Shown in pieces: positions 1-8,638 of a stretch of 64,000 nucleotides of DNA (its first letter is position 1; each line of letters begins with the position of its first letter). The position numbers were made by a program, and so were the translations under genes. Under the pieces are notes generated by a model. The model saw only the letters and a program-made list of their open reading frames with translations. It searched no databases and was not told the origin of the DNA. Source of the stretch: an uncultured Desulfurococcaceae archaeon (GTDB lineage Archaea > Thermoproteota > Thermoprotei_A > Sulfolobales > Desulfurococcaceae); the NCBI GenBank assembly GCA_964480805.1, contig CAYZRH010000004.1, positions 1,749-65,748 of the forward strand, written 5' to 3'.

Positions 1-291
1 TTTCTTTTTAGCCTTCTTCTTTTTCTCCTCTTTAGTTTTCCTAATAATTCTAACTCTCTTCATAGGAGCTAGTGTTTTTAAAGCATCACTTAAAGCTAAT
101 TCACCAGCCAACACTTTATACCATGTCTCTGTACGTCTTAGAAACTCGCTAAAATCTATAATTGACAACTCCTTAGGATGATACTCTTCAACAACCTCTT
201 CTATAACAACCTCTTCTACAGATTTTTCATTCTCTTCTAAATCCACACTAATTAACCCCGCATAACCATTCCTAGGATACAAGTGTTTCAA
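1..291 (-). CDS. hypothetical protein, partial (3' end runs off window start); acidic middle and Lys-rich tail
   Basis: Manual reverse-strand translation is open from TTG at 289-291 (alt. 280-282) to base 1: LYPRNGYAGLISVDLEENEKSVEEVVIEEVVEEYHPKELSIIDFSEFLRRTETWYKVLAGELALSDALKTLAPMKRVRIIRKTKEEKKKKAKKK. In-frame TGA just upstream; AT-rich TATA-like stretch at 303-316. No family recognised. Confidence 0.3.
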   Translation of the reverse strand, partial: MKHLYPRNGYAGLISVDLEENEKSVEEVVIEEVVEEYHPKELSIIDFSEFLRRTETWYKVLAGELALSDALKTLAPMKRVRIIRKTKEEKKKKAKKK

Positions 292-322
292 CGTTGTAGG
301 AAGTTTATATATTTTTCAAGGA

Positions 323-2227
323 TTAGTCTCTTTCATAGCTTATTAGAGCTGGTTTTGTATCAACTATTAATAGTTTATCTCCAATATTTAGTATACTATA
401 GTGTTTTGGCAAGTTTGCTACAGCTAATTTTATAGCGTTTATAGTACTCTGTAAGGTATATCCAGTTATACTACGTGCTATATAGTCTAGGTTTCTATGT
501 TCACGTATGTTGAATACTGTCCTAATGTATGTATTAAGTATTACTGACTCATTAACATCTAGTGGTTGTTGTACAATAACTATAAGGCATAGACCATACT
601 TACGGCTCTCCATTAGAAGACGGGATATGAGTGCTTTACTACGTGTTCTACGGAACAAGTGGTGTGCTTCATCAACAACAATAGCTGTTCTACGATAACC
701 CATTTGGTACATAGCATTAATGATCTTGTATAATAGTGTGTCTAGATAAAGTGCTCTAGCTTGATCAGATGGTAGTGTAGCTAGTAGTATGATTGTTGGC
801 TTACTAAGTAGTTCTGTCAAACTAATCCTTGTTTCTAAGAACACGTTTGAAAGAAGCATTCTAATATAAGGTCTAATCCTCTTTAACAAAGCTCTATACT
901 GATCACTGGGGCTAGTCTCTATTAGGTCGTCAAGAGTCCTTAATACATCATAGAATGTTGGAGCGGGGATACTCCATGTACTCTCATTATCTTCTAGAAT
1001 ACCTTTCCTCCTATAAGTCTCTATAATAATCTCTTCAACTGTATTCCTCTGTATATAGCCTAGACTGAAAATAGACTGTATGATATCAGCAAGCTCTATA
1101 GCACGTTGTCTTGGAGAACGCCCCTCTAGGTCGAGGGGGTTTATAGCTGCTTTCTCTGCATCAAGTATGTTTACTTCTCCTCCAAGATACTCAACTAGAT
1201 CAAGGTATTCGTTATGATGGTCTATTATGAGGAAGTTTACTCCATGGTTTCTATATAACTGGTATATTATTGTTTTAGCTAGAGAAGACTTACCTGTACC
1301 ACTAGCTCCAAATATTGATATATGTGGATTAGGGTTGCTATACGGGTCTATTGTCACTGGTTCTACATGTTTCCTCCAATACCATGTCTTACCCTTACTC
1401 GACCCAATTAATGGTTCTTGATTGATCTCTCTATACATATTTACTGGTATATTGTATTCTAGTATAGCTTTTGATAATCCAATAAATACTCCTTTACCAG
1501 CAACCTTCTCTCTATAACCTACTAGTGTAGTAAGTACTGGGTATAGTGGAGTAGTTATCCATGAGAATGGAGCTATTATAGCTAATGTTATTGGTATTAT
1601 TAGGGTCTTTGCACTAACAATAATCATTAGTGGTATAGATATTAGAATATTTATGAATACTCCATAGATGTATAGAGAAGCTCTAACTGGTAGTATTAGA
1701 TGTAGTGTATTCAAGTAGTCTAGAATATATAGTATAAAACCTGTAATTGTGAATAGCAGTGCAGTATTTGATAAGCTATTTAATGTATCTATCTTAGTGT
1801 TTTTTAGAGATATTAGATAGTTTAACAGCTCTTCAGTAACTCTTCTATGAGAGAACATGTTATACATTGTATATAGTATTAGTGGAGCTATCATTGATGG
1901 TATTATAATAGTTGGTAGTCCTAGAAAGAGTATATCTCCTAAACATCCTCCAATACTCTTCCATAGATATGTTAGAGAGTTTGCTACTAAGAATATGTAG
2001 AGTAGGGTTAGTATAAAAGATCTTGTTGTAGAGATCACTATTAATGTCATAGTGAATGGTATAAAGAATACTATAGAAAAGTATATGAATAAATAGGTTA
2101 TGTCTAGACTAGCTATATTAGTTATTGATAAAGCTAGTATATCATAGTATCTACTAACTGTATAAAAGAGCACTATATGTAGTATAAATAGTGTAGATAC
2201 TATAGCTATCCTCCTATTAGCATCCAT
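323..2227 (-). CDS. membrane-anchored HerA/FtsK-superfamily (DUF87-like) P-loop ATPase
   Basis: 634-aa ORF. N-terminal ~250 aa is a run of hydrophobic helices (roughly 7-8 TM by eye). C-terminal half has Walker A FGASGTGKSS, Walker B AIVVDEAHHLF (DEAH-type as in HerA) and LIVIVQQPLDV. Confidence 0.7.
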   Translation of the reverse strand: MDANRRIAIVSTLFILHIVLFYTVSRYYDILALSITNIASLDITYLFIYFSIVFFIPFTMTLIVISTTRSFILTLLYIFLVANSLTYLWKSIGGCLGDILFLGLPTIIIPSMIAPLILYTMYNMFSHRRVTEELLNYLISLKNTKIDTLNSLSNTALLFTITGFILYILDYLNTLHLILPVRASLYIYGVFINILISIPLMIIVSAKTLIIPITLAIIAPFSWITTPLYPVLTTLVGYREKVAGKGVFIGLSKAILEYNIPVNMYREINQEPLIGSSKGKTWYWRKHVEPVTIDPYSNPNPHISIFGASGTGKSSLAKTIIYQLYRNHGVNFLIIDHHNEYLDLVEYLGGEVNILDAEKAAINPLDLEGRSPRQRAIELADIIQSIFSLGYIQRNTVEEIIIETYRRKGILEDNESTWSIPAPTFYDVLRTLDDLIETSPSDQYRALLKRIRPYIRMLLSNVFLETRISLTELLSKPTIILLATLPSDQARALYLDTLLYKIINAMYQMGYRRTAIVVDEAHHLFRRTRSKALISRLLMESRKYGLCLIVIVQQPLDVNESVILNTYIRTVFNIREHRNLDYIARSITGYTLQSTINAIKLAVANLPKHYSILNIGDKLLIVDTKPALISYERD

Positions 2228-2337
2228 ACTATACCCACTAGTTCATAACTTACTCTCTACTAGTTACTTAATCTATAATACATTTGTAACTATATAAGGT
2301 GTTTTCCATAATGTGTTATCTTAGGATAGATGGTGGA

Positions 2338-5178
2338 ATGAAGGATATAGTACCAGTAATACCTATAGAGAAGGTTGTTAGTAGTAAGTTTGCACAATGT
2401 CTATCTAGTCTAGGTTATAGAAAGATCTCTTTAATACAGTATAGAGCATTTAAATCTATACTTAAAGGTTTTTCAACAATAATAGTCTCACCAACAGGTA
2501 CTGGTAAGACTGAAGCAGCACTACTACCTATACTATATTATATATGGCGGCGTAAGCTGGAGCCTATAAATGCTATCTATGTAACACCTCTTAGAGCTCT
2601 TAATAGAGATATTGTTGAAAGGATAAACCGTATAATAAAGTGTTTTGGGTTAAAAGCCGATCTAAGGCATGGTGATACACCTAGAAGGCTTAGAAGAGCT
2701 ATAAAGGAGAATCCTGGACACATAATAGTTACTACACCTGAGACTTTACAGTATATTATAGTTGATAGAGACTTTAGAGAGAAGCTTAGGAATCTAAGGT
2801 TTATAGTTGTTGACGAGTATAGAGAAGTTGTTACTAGTAAGAGAGGGTTAGAGCTTTTATCAGCTATAAATATGGTTGAAAGACTTATTAAGAGAAGATT
2901 GGTTAAAGTAGCTTTAACAGCTACATTGTCAGATATTAATAAGTCCATGTGTCTTCTAGATAATCCTTCATATATGGTACCTATTATAAGTAGTAGTGTT
3001 AGAGAACTAGAGATTCATGTAGAGACTCCTAAAGCTAGTGGAGAAGTTGTTGAAGAAGTTGATCCATGTTTTTATGCTAGACTAGAACATATTAGAGATA
3101 TAGTTGATAGACATAACCATGTACTTGTATTCACGAATACACGTGATCTAGCTGAGAGACTTACATGGGGTTTGTCTAAACTAGTTGGTTTAGAAGATAG
3201 AGTTGGCGTACACCATGGAAGTTTGTCTAGACACCATAGACTAGGTGTTGAAGAACTTTTTAAGAAGAGAGTGTTGAAAGCACTTGTTGCTACATCGAGT
3301 CTGGAGCTAGGTATTGATATAGGTCATATAGACTATGTAGTGCAGTATATGTCTCCTAGACAGAGTGTTAGACTTGTACAGAGGATAGGTAGGAGTCTTC
3401 ATAGAGTTGAGAGTGTTCCAAGAGGCTCTATTGTCACACTAGACAACTTCTATGATATTCTAGAGTCTATAGCTCTAGCTGTTAGAGCTGTTAGAGGTGA
3501 TCTTGAGGGAGAGGATATACCTTATAAACCACTTGATGTACTAGCCCATCAGATAGTGTTAAGAGTTCTTATAGAACCCGGTATACCATACAATGACTTG
3601 TATATCGAGTTTTCTACATCTAGAGTATTCCAGGGTCTTAGTGAGGAGGAGTTTAGAGATGTACTGGATTATCTTGTTTCAGCCCGTATACTTAGAGTAC
3701 GTAGTGATAGAGTGTATCCGAGTGTTAGAGCTAGACCATACTTTTACCGTGTAACAATGATTCCTGATACACGTGTTATACCAGTTATTGATGTTAGTAG
3801 TAATAGGAGGATTGGTGTTTTAAATGAGGAGTTTATTGTATTACATGTTGTAGAGGGTTCTGTTATAGTTCTTGGAGGTGGTTTATGGAGGGTTATATCA
3901 TTTGATGAAGATAATGGGAAGTTGTTTGTAGAACCAGTTACAGAGTATCCAATGGCTCTTATACCTCGTTGGGAGGGTGAGAGCATTCCTGTTGAATACT
4001 CTGTTGCTAGAGAGATTGGTGCTTGGATAAGACTGTATAGAGAAGGCTTTAACGTGTTTAAGAAGCTAGTGAGTGGTAGAGTTATTGTAGACGGGTATGG
4101 TGTTGATAAGGTTTTCTCAGTTATAAATGAGTTGAAGAGGGAGGGTATCCCAGTACCTTCTGATAGAGATATTGTTGTAGAGGTTAATAGGAGTGATAAG
4201 ACTATTGTTTTCTATGGATTCTATGGTTCAAAAGTAGCTAATACGTTTAAGGAGCTACTGACAGCTATAGTTAGGAGGTACATTACTCCAAGAGTAGTTG
4301 CTTATACAACTCCATACTATGTAATGCTGTGTTTTCTAGACTATTTTCCTAGAAGGGAAGAACTGGATATAGTGGTTAGTGAACTAGCTTATTTGGGTAG
4401 AGATAGGGGGTTGTTTACTAAACACCTACTATCCATAATTAGTGGGAGCAGTCATTTTCTATGGAGAGTATTCTTTGTTGGACAGAGATTTGGAGCAATA
4501 GATCCTAGTAGTTCTAAAAGGATAACAAAGACTCTATTAAAAACACTAGCTAGTACTGTTATTGGTAGAGAGGCTTTAAAGGAGACTTTGTTAAAAGACT
4601 TCGATCTAGAGAATATGTTTAGGATTCTAAACAACATCTATAGAGGTAGAGTGAAGATACGCTTTGTTATAACAGACAAGCCTACACAACTGTATGTTGA
4701 AGCAGTACAGCGTATACCTGGTATTAGTATAGTATATCCTGTTATAGATATAGGTAGGTATAGAGAACGTGTTTTAAGAAGAACTGTTACAACAATATGT
4801 ATGATGTGCGGGTATAAATGGAGTGGCCGTGTAAGAGACTATCTTAATTATAGTGAAATACGATGTCCAAAATGCGGTAGTAAGTATGTAGCTGTTGTTA
4901 AAGGAGATGGTTGTAGAGAACAAGAGATTATATTGAAGGTTATTACTAAGAAGAGGCTATCTAGTGAAGAAAGAAGTATTTATAGAGACTTGCAGAGGAG
5001 AGCTATGCTTATAATGGATCATGGAGTTAGGGCTTTAACAATACTTGCATCTCGTGGAGTAGGATTTACTGAAGCTGTACGTATAATCAATAAACCGGTG
5101 TATAGTGAAGATGATCTATTTAGATATTTGTATGAAGCTGAGAAGAAGTATATTAGAATAAAGAAGTTTCTAGACTAG
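2338..5178 (+). CDS. Lhr-type large SF2 (DEAD/DEAH-box) helicase with C-terminal zinc ribbon
   Basis: ORF 2299..5178. First ATG with upstream GGTGG is at 2338, with TATATAA at 2291-2297. Motif I SPTGTGKTEAALLP, motif II VVDEYRE, motif VI QRIGRSLH. Length of ~950 aa and long C-terminal extension are typical of Lhr. CMMCG...CPKCG ribbon near the C-terminus. Confidence 0.75.
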   Translation: MKDIVPVIPIEKVVSSKFAQCLSSLGYRKISLIQYRAFKSILKGFSTIIVSPTGTGKTEAALLPILYYIWRRKLEPINAIYVTPLRALNRDIVERINRIIKCFGLKADLRHGDTPRRLRRAIKENPGHIIVTTPETLQYIIVDRDFREKLRNLRFIVVDEYREVVTSKRGLELLSAINMVERLIKRRLVKVALTATLSDINKSMCLLDNPSYMVPIISSSVRELEIHVETPKASGEVVEEVDPCFYARLEHIRDIVDRHNHVLVFTNTRDLAERLTWGLSKLVGLEDRVGVHHGSLSRHHRLGVEELFKKRVLKALVATSSLELGIDIGHIDYVVQYMSPRQSVRLVQRIGRSLHRVESVPRGSIVTLDNFYDILESIALAVRAVRGDLEGEDIPYKPLDVLAHQIVLRVLIEPGIPYNDLYIEFSTSRVFQGLSEEEFRDVLDYLVSARILRVRSDRVYPSVRARPYFYRVTMIPDTRVIPVIDVSSNRRIGVLNEEFIVLHVVEGSVIVLGGGLWRVISFDEDNGKLFVEPVTEYPMALIPRWEGESIPVEYSVAREIGAWIRLYREGFNVFKKLVSGRVIVDGYGVDKVFSVINELKREGIPVPSDRDIVVEVNRSDKTIVFYGFYGSKVANTFKELLTAIVRRYITPRVVAYTTPYYVMLCFLDYFPRREELDIVVSELAYLGRDRGLFTKHLLSIISGSSHFLWRVFFVGQRFGAIDPSSSKRITKTLLKTLASTVIGREALKETLLKDFDLENMFRILNNIYRGRVKIRFVITDKPTQLYVEAVQRIPGISIVYPVIDIGRYRERVLRRTVTTICMMCGYKWSGRVRDYLNYSEIRCPKCGSKYVAVVKGDGCREQEIILKVITKKRLSSEERSIYRDLQRRAMLIMDHGVRALTILASRGVGFTEAVRIINKPVYSEDDLFRYLYEAEKKYIRIKKFLD

Positions 5179-5246
5179 GTAGTGTAAGAAGCTTGTATAC
5201 ATGTAGTTGTCTAGCTCTCTTAATTAGATCTGATTAACGCTTATCT

Positions 5247-5283
5247 ACTAGTAGGGGTACTAGTAACTAGTAGGGGTACTAGT
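5247..5283. repeat. tandem pair of an 18-nt palindromic unit ACTAGTA-GGGG-TACTAGT (candidate operator)
   Basis: Identical copies at 5247-5264 and 5266-5283, separated by one A. Each unit is a 7-bp inverted repeat around GGGG. The second copy ends 2 nt before the TTG start of the ATPase gene at 5286. Confidence 0.6.
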
Positions 5284-5285
5284 CC

Positions 5286-6398
5286 TTGCTATTTGATGTA
5301 AATCCTAAAACAAGGCTCAAAGATCTATTTGACCGTGAGAAAGAGTTTAATGAGCTTAAAGAAGCGTTAGAGCTTAGTGAGAGGTTAATAGTTATTTATG
5401 GAGTTAGGAGAGTGGGTAAGACAAGTTTGCTAAGAGCTAGTATGTATGAGCTTAAATATCCACATTTACTAGTTGATGTCCGTGAAGTATATGAGGAACA
5501 TGGTTTTATATCTAGGAGTTATCTCTATAGGCAAATGGCTAGATACTTTACTGAGAATATGAGTTTCTTTGAAAGGATAGGTTTTAAACTAAAAGACTTG
5601 TTAAAGTATGTGAAGGTGTTTTATATAAGTGGTACTGGTGTTGAAGTAGATATAACTGTTGATGAAAGCATAACTGATTTACTTAAACACTTTGATAACT
5701 GGGCTAAGAGAAATAATACTAGATTTGTAATAGCTTTTGATGAGGCACAGTATCTACGTTTTTCAGGAATTATTAAGTTTGATGGAGTCTTTGCATGGGC
5801 TATTGATAATCTGGAAAACTTATCTATTATACTAACTGGTAGTGAAGTAGGTGTTTTAAGAGACTTTCTTAAACTAGATAATCCAGAAGCACCATTATAT
5901 GGAAGATACTATAGAGAGATAGTACTTGAGAAATTCACGATTGAACAAGGTATAGAGTTTCTAAGACAAGGATTTAAGGAATTAGGATGTAGTGTATCTA
6001 ATCAAGAACTTATGGAAGTTGTTGATAAACTAGATGGGATACCTGGATGGCTAACTCTATACGGATACTATCGTGGAGTGAGAAATTTAGGTCATAAAGA
6101 TGCCTTAGAAAAGGTTTTTGATATAGCATCTAAACTAGTTATGAAGGAGTTAGAGAAGGTAATAGCTCCTTCAAGACATAGGTATTTAGCTATACTAGAG
6201 GCAATAGCTCGTGGAGCTTCTAGATGGGTGGATATAAAGTCTTATGTGGAGTTTCGTACAGGAACTAGAATAGCTGATAGAAATTTCTCAAATCTACTTA
6301 AAAAACTTGTTAAGTACTCTATAGTTGAAAAGACTGATGATAAGTATAGGATATCTGATCCACTAGTACGCTATGCTATGGAGAGTCTTAAACACTAA
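5286..6398 (+). CDS. archaeal ATPase family protein (AAA-type P-loop NTPase with C-terminal winged-helix, Arch_ATPase/DUF234-like)
   Basis: 370-aa ORF with TTG start. Walker A GVRRVGKTSLL, Walker B FVIAFDEAQYL, C-terminal wHTH-like RYLAILEAIARGASRWVDIKSYVE. This architecture matches the family expanded in hyperthermophilic archaea. Confidence 0.75.
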   Translation: MLFDVNPKTRLKDLFDREKEFNELKEALELSERLIVIYGVRRVGKTSLLRASMYELKYPHLLVDVREVYEEHGFISRSYLYRQMARYFTENMSFFERIGFKLKDLLKYVKVFYISGTGVEVDITVDESITDLLKHFDNWAKRNNTRFVIAFDEAQYLRFSGIIKFDGVFAWAIDNLENLSIILTGSEVGVLRDFLKLDNPEAPLYGRYYREIVLEKFTIEQGIEFLRQGFKELGCSVSNQELMEVVDKLDGIPGWLTLYGYYRGVRNLGHKDALEKVFDIASKLVMKELEKVIAPSRHRYLAILEAIARGASRWVDIKSYVEFRTGTRIADRNFSNLLKKLVKYSIVEKTDDKYRISDPLVRYAMESLKH

Positions 6399-6449
6399 AT
6401 GTATGCAATATATACTGTTAAGCTTTCCTAAATATTGGAGAAGAGAGTT

Positions 6450-8405
6450 CTATGGAGATATAATACCCATTGAACGGAATGATTTAATAATATCTTCTCT
6501 CTTAACACGTGTAGACCTCCTCCAAGCATCAACACGGTTAGTCAGTAACGGTACTACAACTCTTTCAACAAGCATTTCAGCTATTGGACATACCTCTATA
6601 CATATCCTACAGTTTATACATGGTAGACTAGGTATGGGTCCATAGTTAGACAACTTGATCCTTTTTTGTGGACACCATATCATACAGCTACCACACTTTA
6701 CACATCCATGTATCCTATAGATTATCTTTAACATATCTACAACATCCTCAAATCCTTTCTCATTAAACAACTTATATTTTAGATAATTATCTTTAACAAG
6801 GATCTCTGAATCATTGGATCTTATAATCCATCCACTATCTTCTCTAGAGAGACCAAGCTTTAACATTTCAACATTACCTATAAACGCTTGATCAGCATCT
6901 ATAGGTATAAGCCTTTTATTAAATAGTACTGTAGTATACTCTCCTTCTCTAAACACTTTTGTAAAAACTAGTCCAATACCATTTAACAGCCTAGCTCTAT
7001 ACTCATCAACCCAGTTAGCACTATAACTAGGTAGTTTAACAACAAGTCTATACTTAGCAGTAGCTGGTGTAAGCCATCTCCATAAACCATAGTGTATCCA
7101 CTCAATTGGTTGGTTAAGACGCTTCCTCCAATCCTCTAGTCTATCCATCCACTTACTCCACAGTCTTGGATGGTTTCTCTTAACCTCCTTAAACTCGGCT
7201 AGTGTACTTGATGGACATAAGTAGCATCCAAGTCTCTCATAACCTAGTTCATAGAGTTTATTATAGGGTAGTCTATACTTGAATATGTAGAGCCATATAT
7301 GTAGTTGACTCCACTCCTGTATAGGTGTTATACTGAGGAGATGGGGTATCCAGCGGTTTCTCCAAACACGAGGGCTACGTGCACGATCAAGTGATTCAAA
7401 AGCACGTTGTCCAACAATATTTAATGCACCACTACTCCACATCCTACGAGACACACGGGCTAGTGGTACAAGCTTAGCTATCTTACAACACCATCTATAG
7501 TCCTTGCCAGGCGGTCCAAAGACATCTAGTCCATTCCAGAAAGAGTCTCCAGCATTAGCAACTATTTTCTCTAAACCATACTTCTCTGCAACATAGTCTA
7601 CATTCTCTATAGTCTCTGGCAACTCTAGACCAGTATTGTTGAATAATAGTTTAGCATCTCCAAGTGTCTCAAGTGTTAAATGGAGTGCTACAAGACTATC
7701 CTTACCGCCAGAGTATGATACAACAACTTCCTTTCCAACCTTAGAAGCCATGGAGTATAGGAATGCTTTAGCACGAGACTCAAAGTAGTATATACCATAG
7801 TTATTGTGTTTAAGAACATCATCTATAGAAGCAGGTTTACAGCCAGCCTCCCTAGGCTCTATACGTACACGATAAGTCTTAGAAACAATAAGTCTCCCAC
7901 CTAGATTCTCTGCAACACCCTTAACAACACCATTCCTATCAACAACAACTACTTGGCGAGAACTACTAGAATAGTTCTCTCTAATAACCATCTTCTCACG
8001 TATAAATCCGTTAACAACAACCTTATCTACAAGGTCGTCTTCAATAGCAAGCTTTGCACCAGTATAGTTAAGACGATACCTCCACTTACTACGAAATGGG
8101 TCATAGTATAGTTGTCCAACAACATTACCACATGATACAACCTCCCACATCTGATCCCAGTGTGGAACCTTGTTAAATAAGATAAACTGGTTTCTAAAGA
8201 ACCTATCATATACTGTTAATGAGCCAAACTCGTATAGTATAGCCTCTCTAAGCTTCTCATAGTCTCTTAAAAAAACTGGACGGGCATCACCAGGTTCTGT
8301 AAGCTTTAGTTTGAAAACAACATCCTCTCTATCTGGAGGAGGCTTTAGTATTGGAACATTATACTCTGGATCCCAGTATATCTTAGCAGATACTGGCCAT
8401 ATCAT
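6450..8405 (-). CDS. PAPS-reductase/PP-loop ATP-pyrophosphatase family protein with C-terminal 2x[4Fe-4S] ferredoxin domain
   Basis: 651-aa ORF. PP-loop VVVSYSGGKDSLVALH in the centre. C-terminal cysteine clusters CVKCGSCMIWCP and CINCRICIEVCP. Confidence 0.7.
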   Translation of the reverse strand: MIWPVSAKIYWDPEYNVPILKPPPDREDVVFKLKLTEPGDARPVFLRDYEKLREAILYEFGSLTVYDRFFRNQFILFNKVPHWDQMWEVVSCGNVVGQLYYDPFRSKWRYRLNYTGAKLAIEDDLVDKVVVNGFIREKMVIRENYSSSSRQVVVVDRNGVVKGVAENLGGRLIVSKTYRVRIEPREAGCKPASIDDVLKHNNYGIYYFESRAKAFLYSMASKVGKEVVVSYSGGKDSLVALHLTLETLGDAKLLFNNTGLELPETIENVDYVAEKYGLEKIVANAGDSFWNGLDVFGPPGKDYRWCCKIAKLVPLARVSRRMWSSGALNIVGQRAFESLDRARSPRVWRNRWIPHLLSITPIQEWSQLHIWLYIFKYRLPYNKLYELGYERLGCYLCPSSTLAEFKEVKRNHPRLWSKWMDRLEDWRKRLNQPIEWIHYGLWRWLTPATAKYRLVVKLPSYSANWVDEYRARLLNGIGLVFTKVFREGEYTTVLFNKRLIPIDADQAFIGNVEMLKLGLSREDSGWIIRSNDSEILVKDNYLKYKLFNEKGFEDVVDMLKIIYRIHGCVKCGSCMIWCPQKRIKLSNYGPIPSLPCINCRICIEVCPIAEMLVERVVVPLLTNRVDAWRRSTRVKREDIIKSFRSMGIISP

Positions 8406-8574
8406 TCTAGTCCAACCTTTAATTATTAGACAGCTGGTTATCTGGATTTAGTCAATGCCGTACCTTTCTAATATACACTATGCTCCTCCGATCAAATGTA
8501 GACAGTTGACTAAGTATTGGGTAATAAAATATCATGGGACATCTGATAGTCATGTAGTCTATTTGGGATAAGGC

Positions 8575-8581
8575 TTAAATA
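8575..8581 (+). promoter_or_regulatory. candidate TATA box (TTAAATA) for the giant surface-protein gene
   Basis: TTAAATA lies 58 nt upstream of ATG 8639. A GAAGGTGG Shine-Dalgarno-like element directly precedes the ATG. Position only; not verified. Confidence 0.25.
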
Positions 8582-8638
8582 CTAACCATATTAAGTAAAC
8601 ACCTAAAATGAATAAGTAATTGTAGTTTATGAAGGTGG

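Noticed and set aside
5247-5283. Considered whether the tandem 18-mers are a degenerate CRISPR or mini-array.
   Set aside because: There are only two copies separated by a single nucleotide (no spacers). The unit is too short, and no cas genes are nearby.
6373-6645. Plus-strand 90-aa ORF overlapping the end of the Arch-ATPase gene and the 3' end of the PAPS-reductase-like gene.
   Set aside because: It is antisense to the Fe-S cysteine-motif region of a well-supported CDS and has no motifs of its own.
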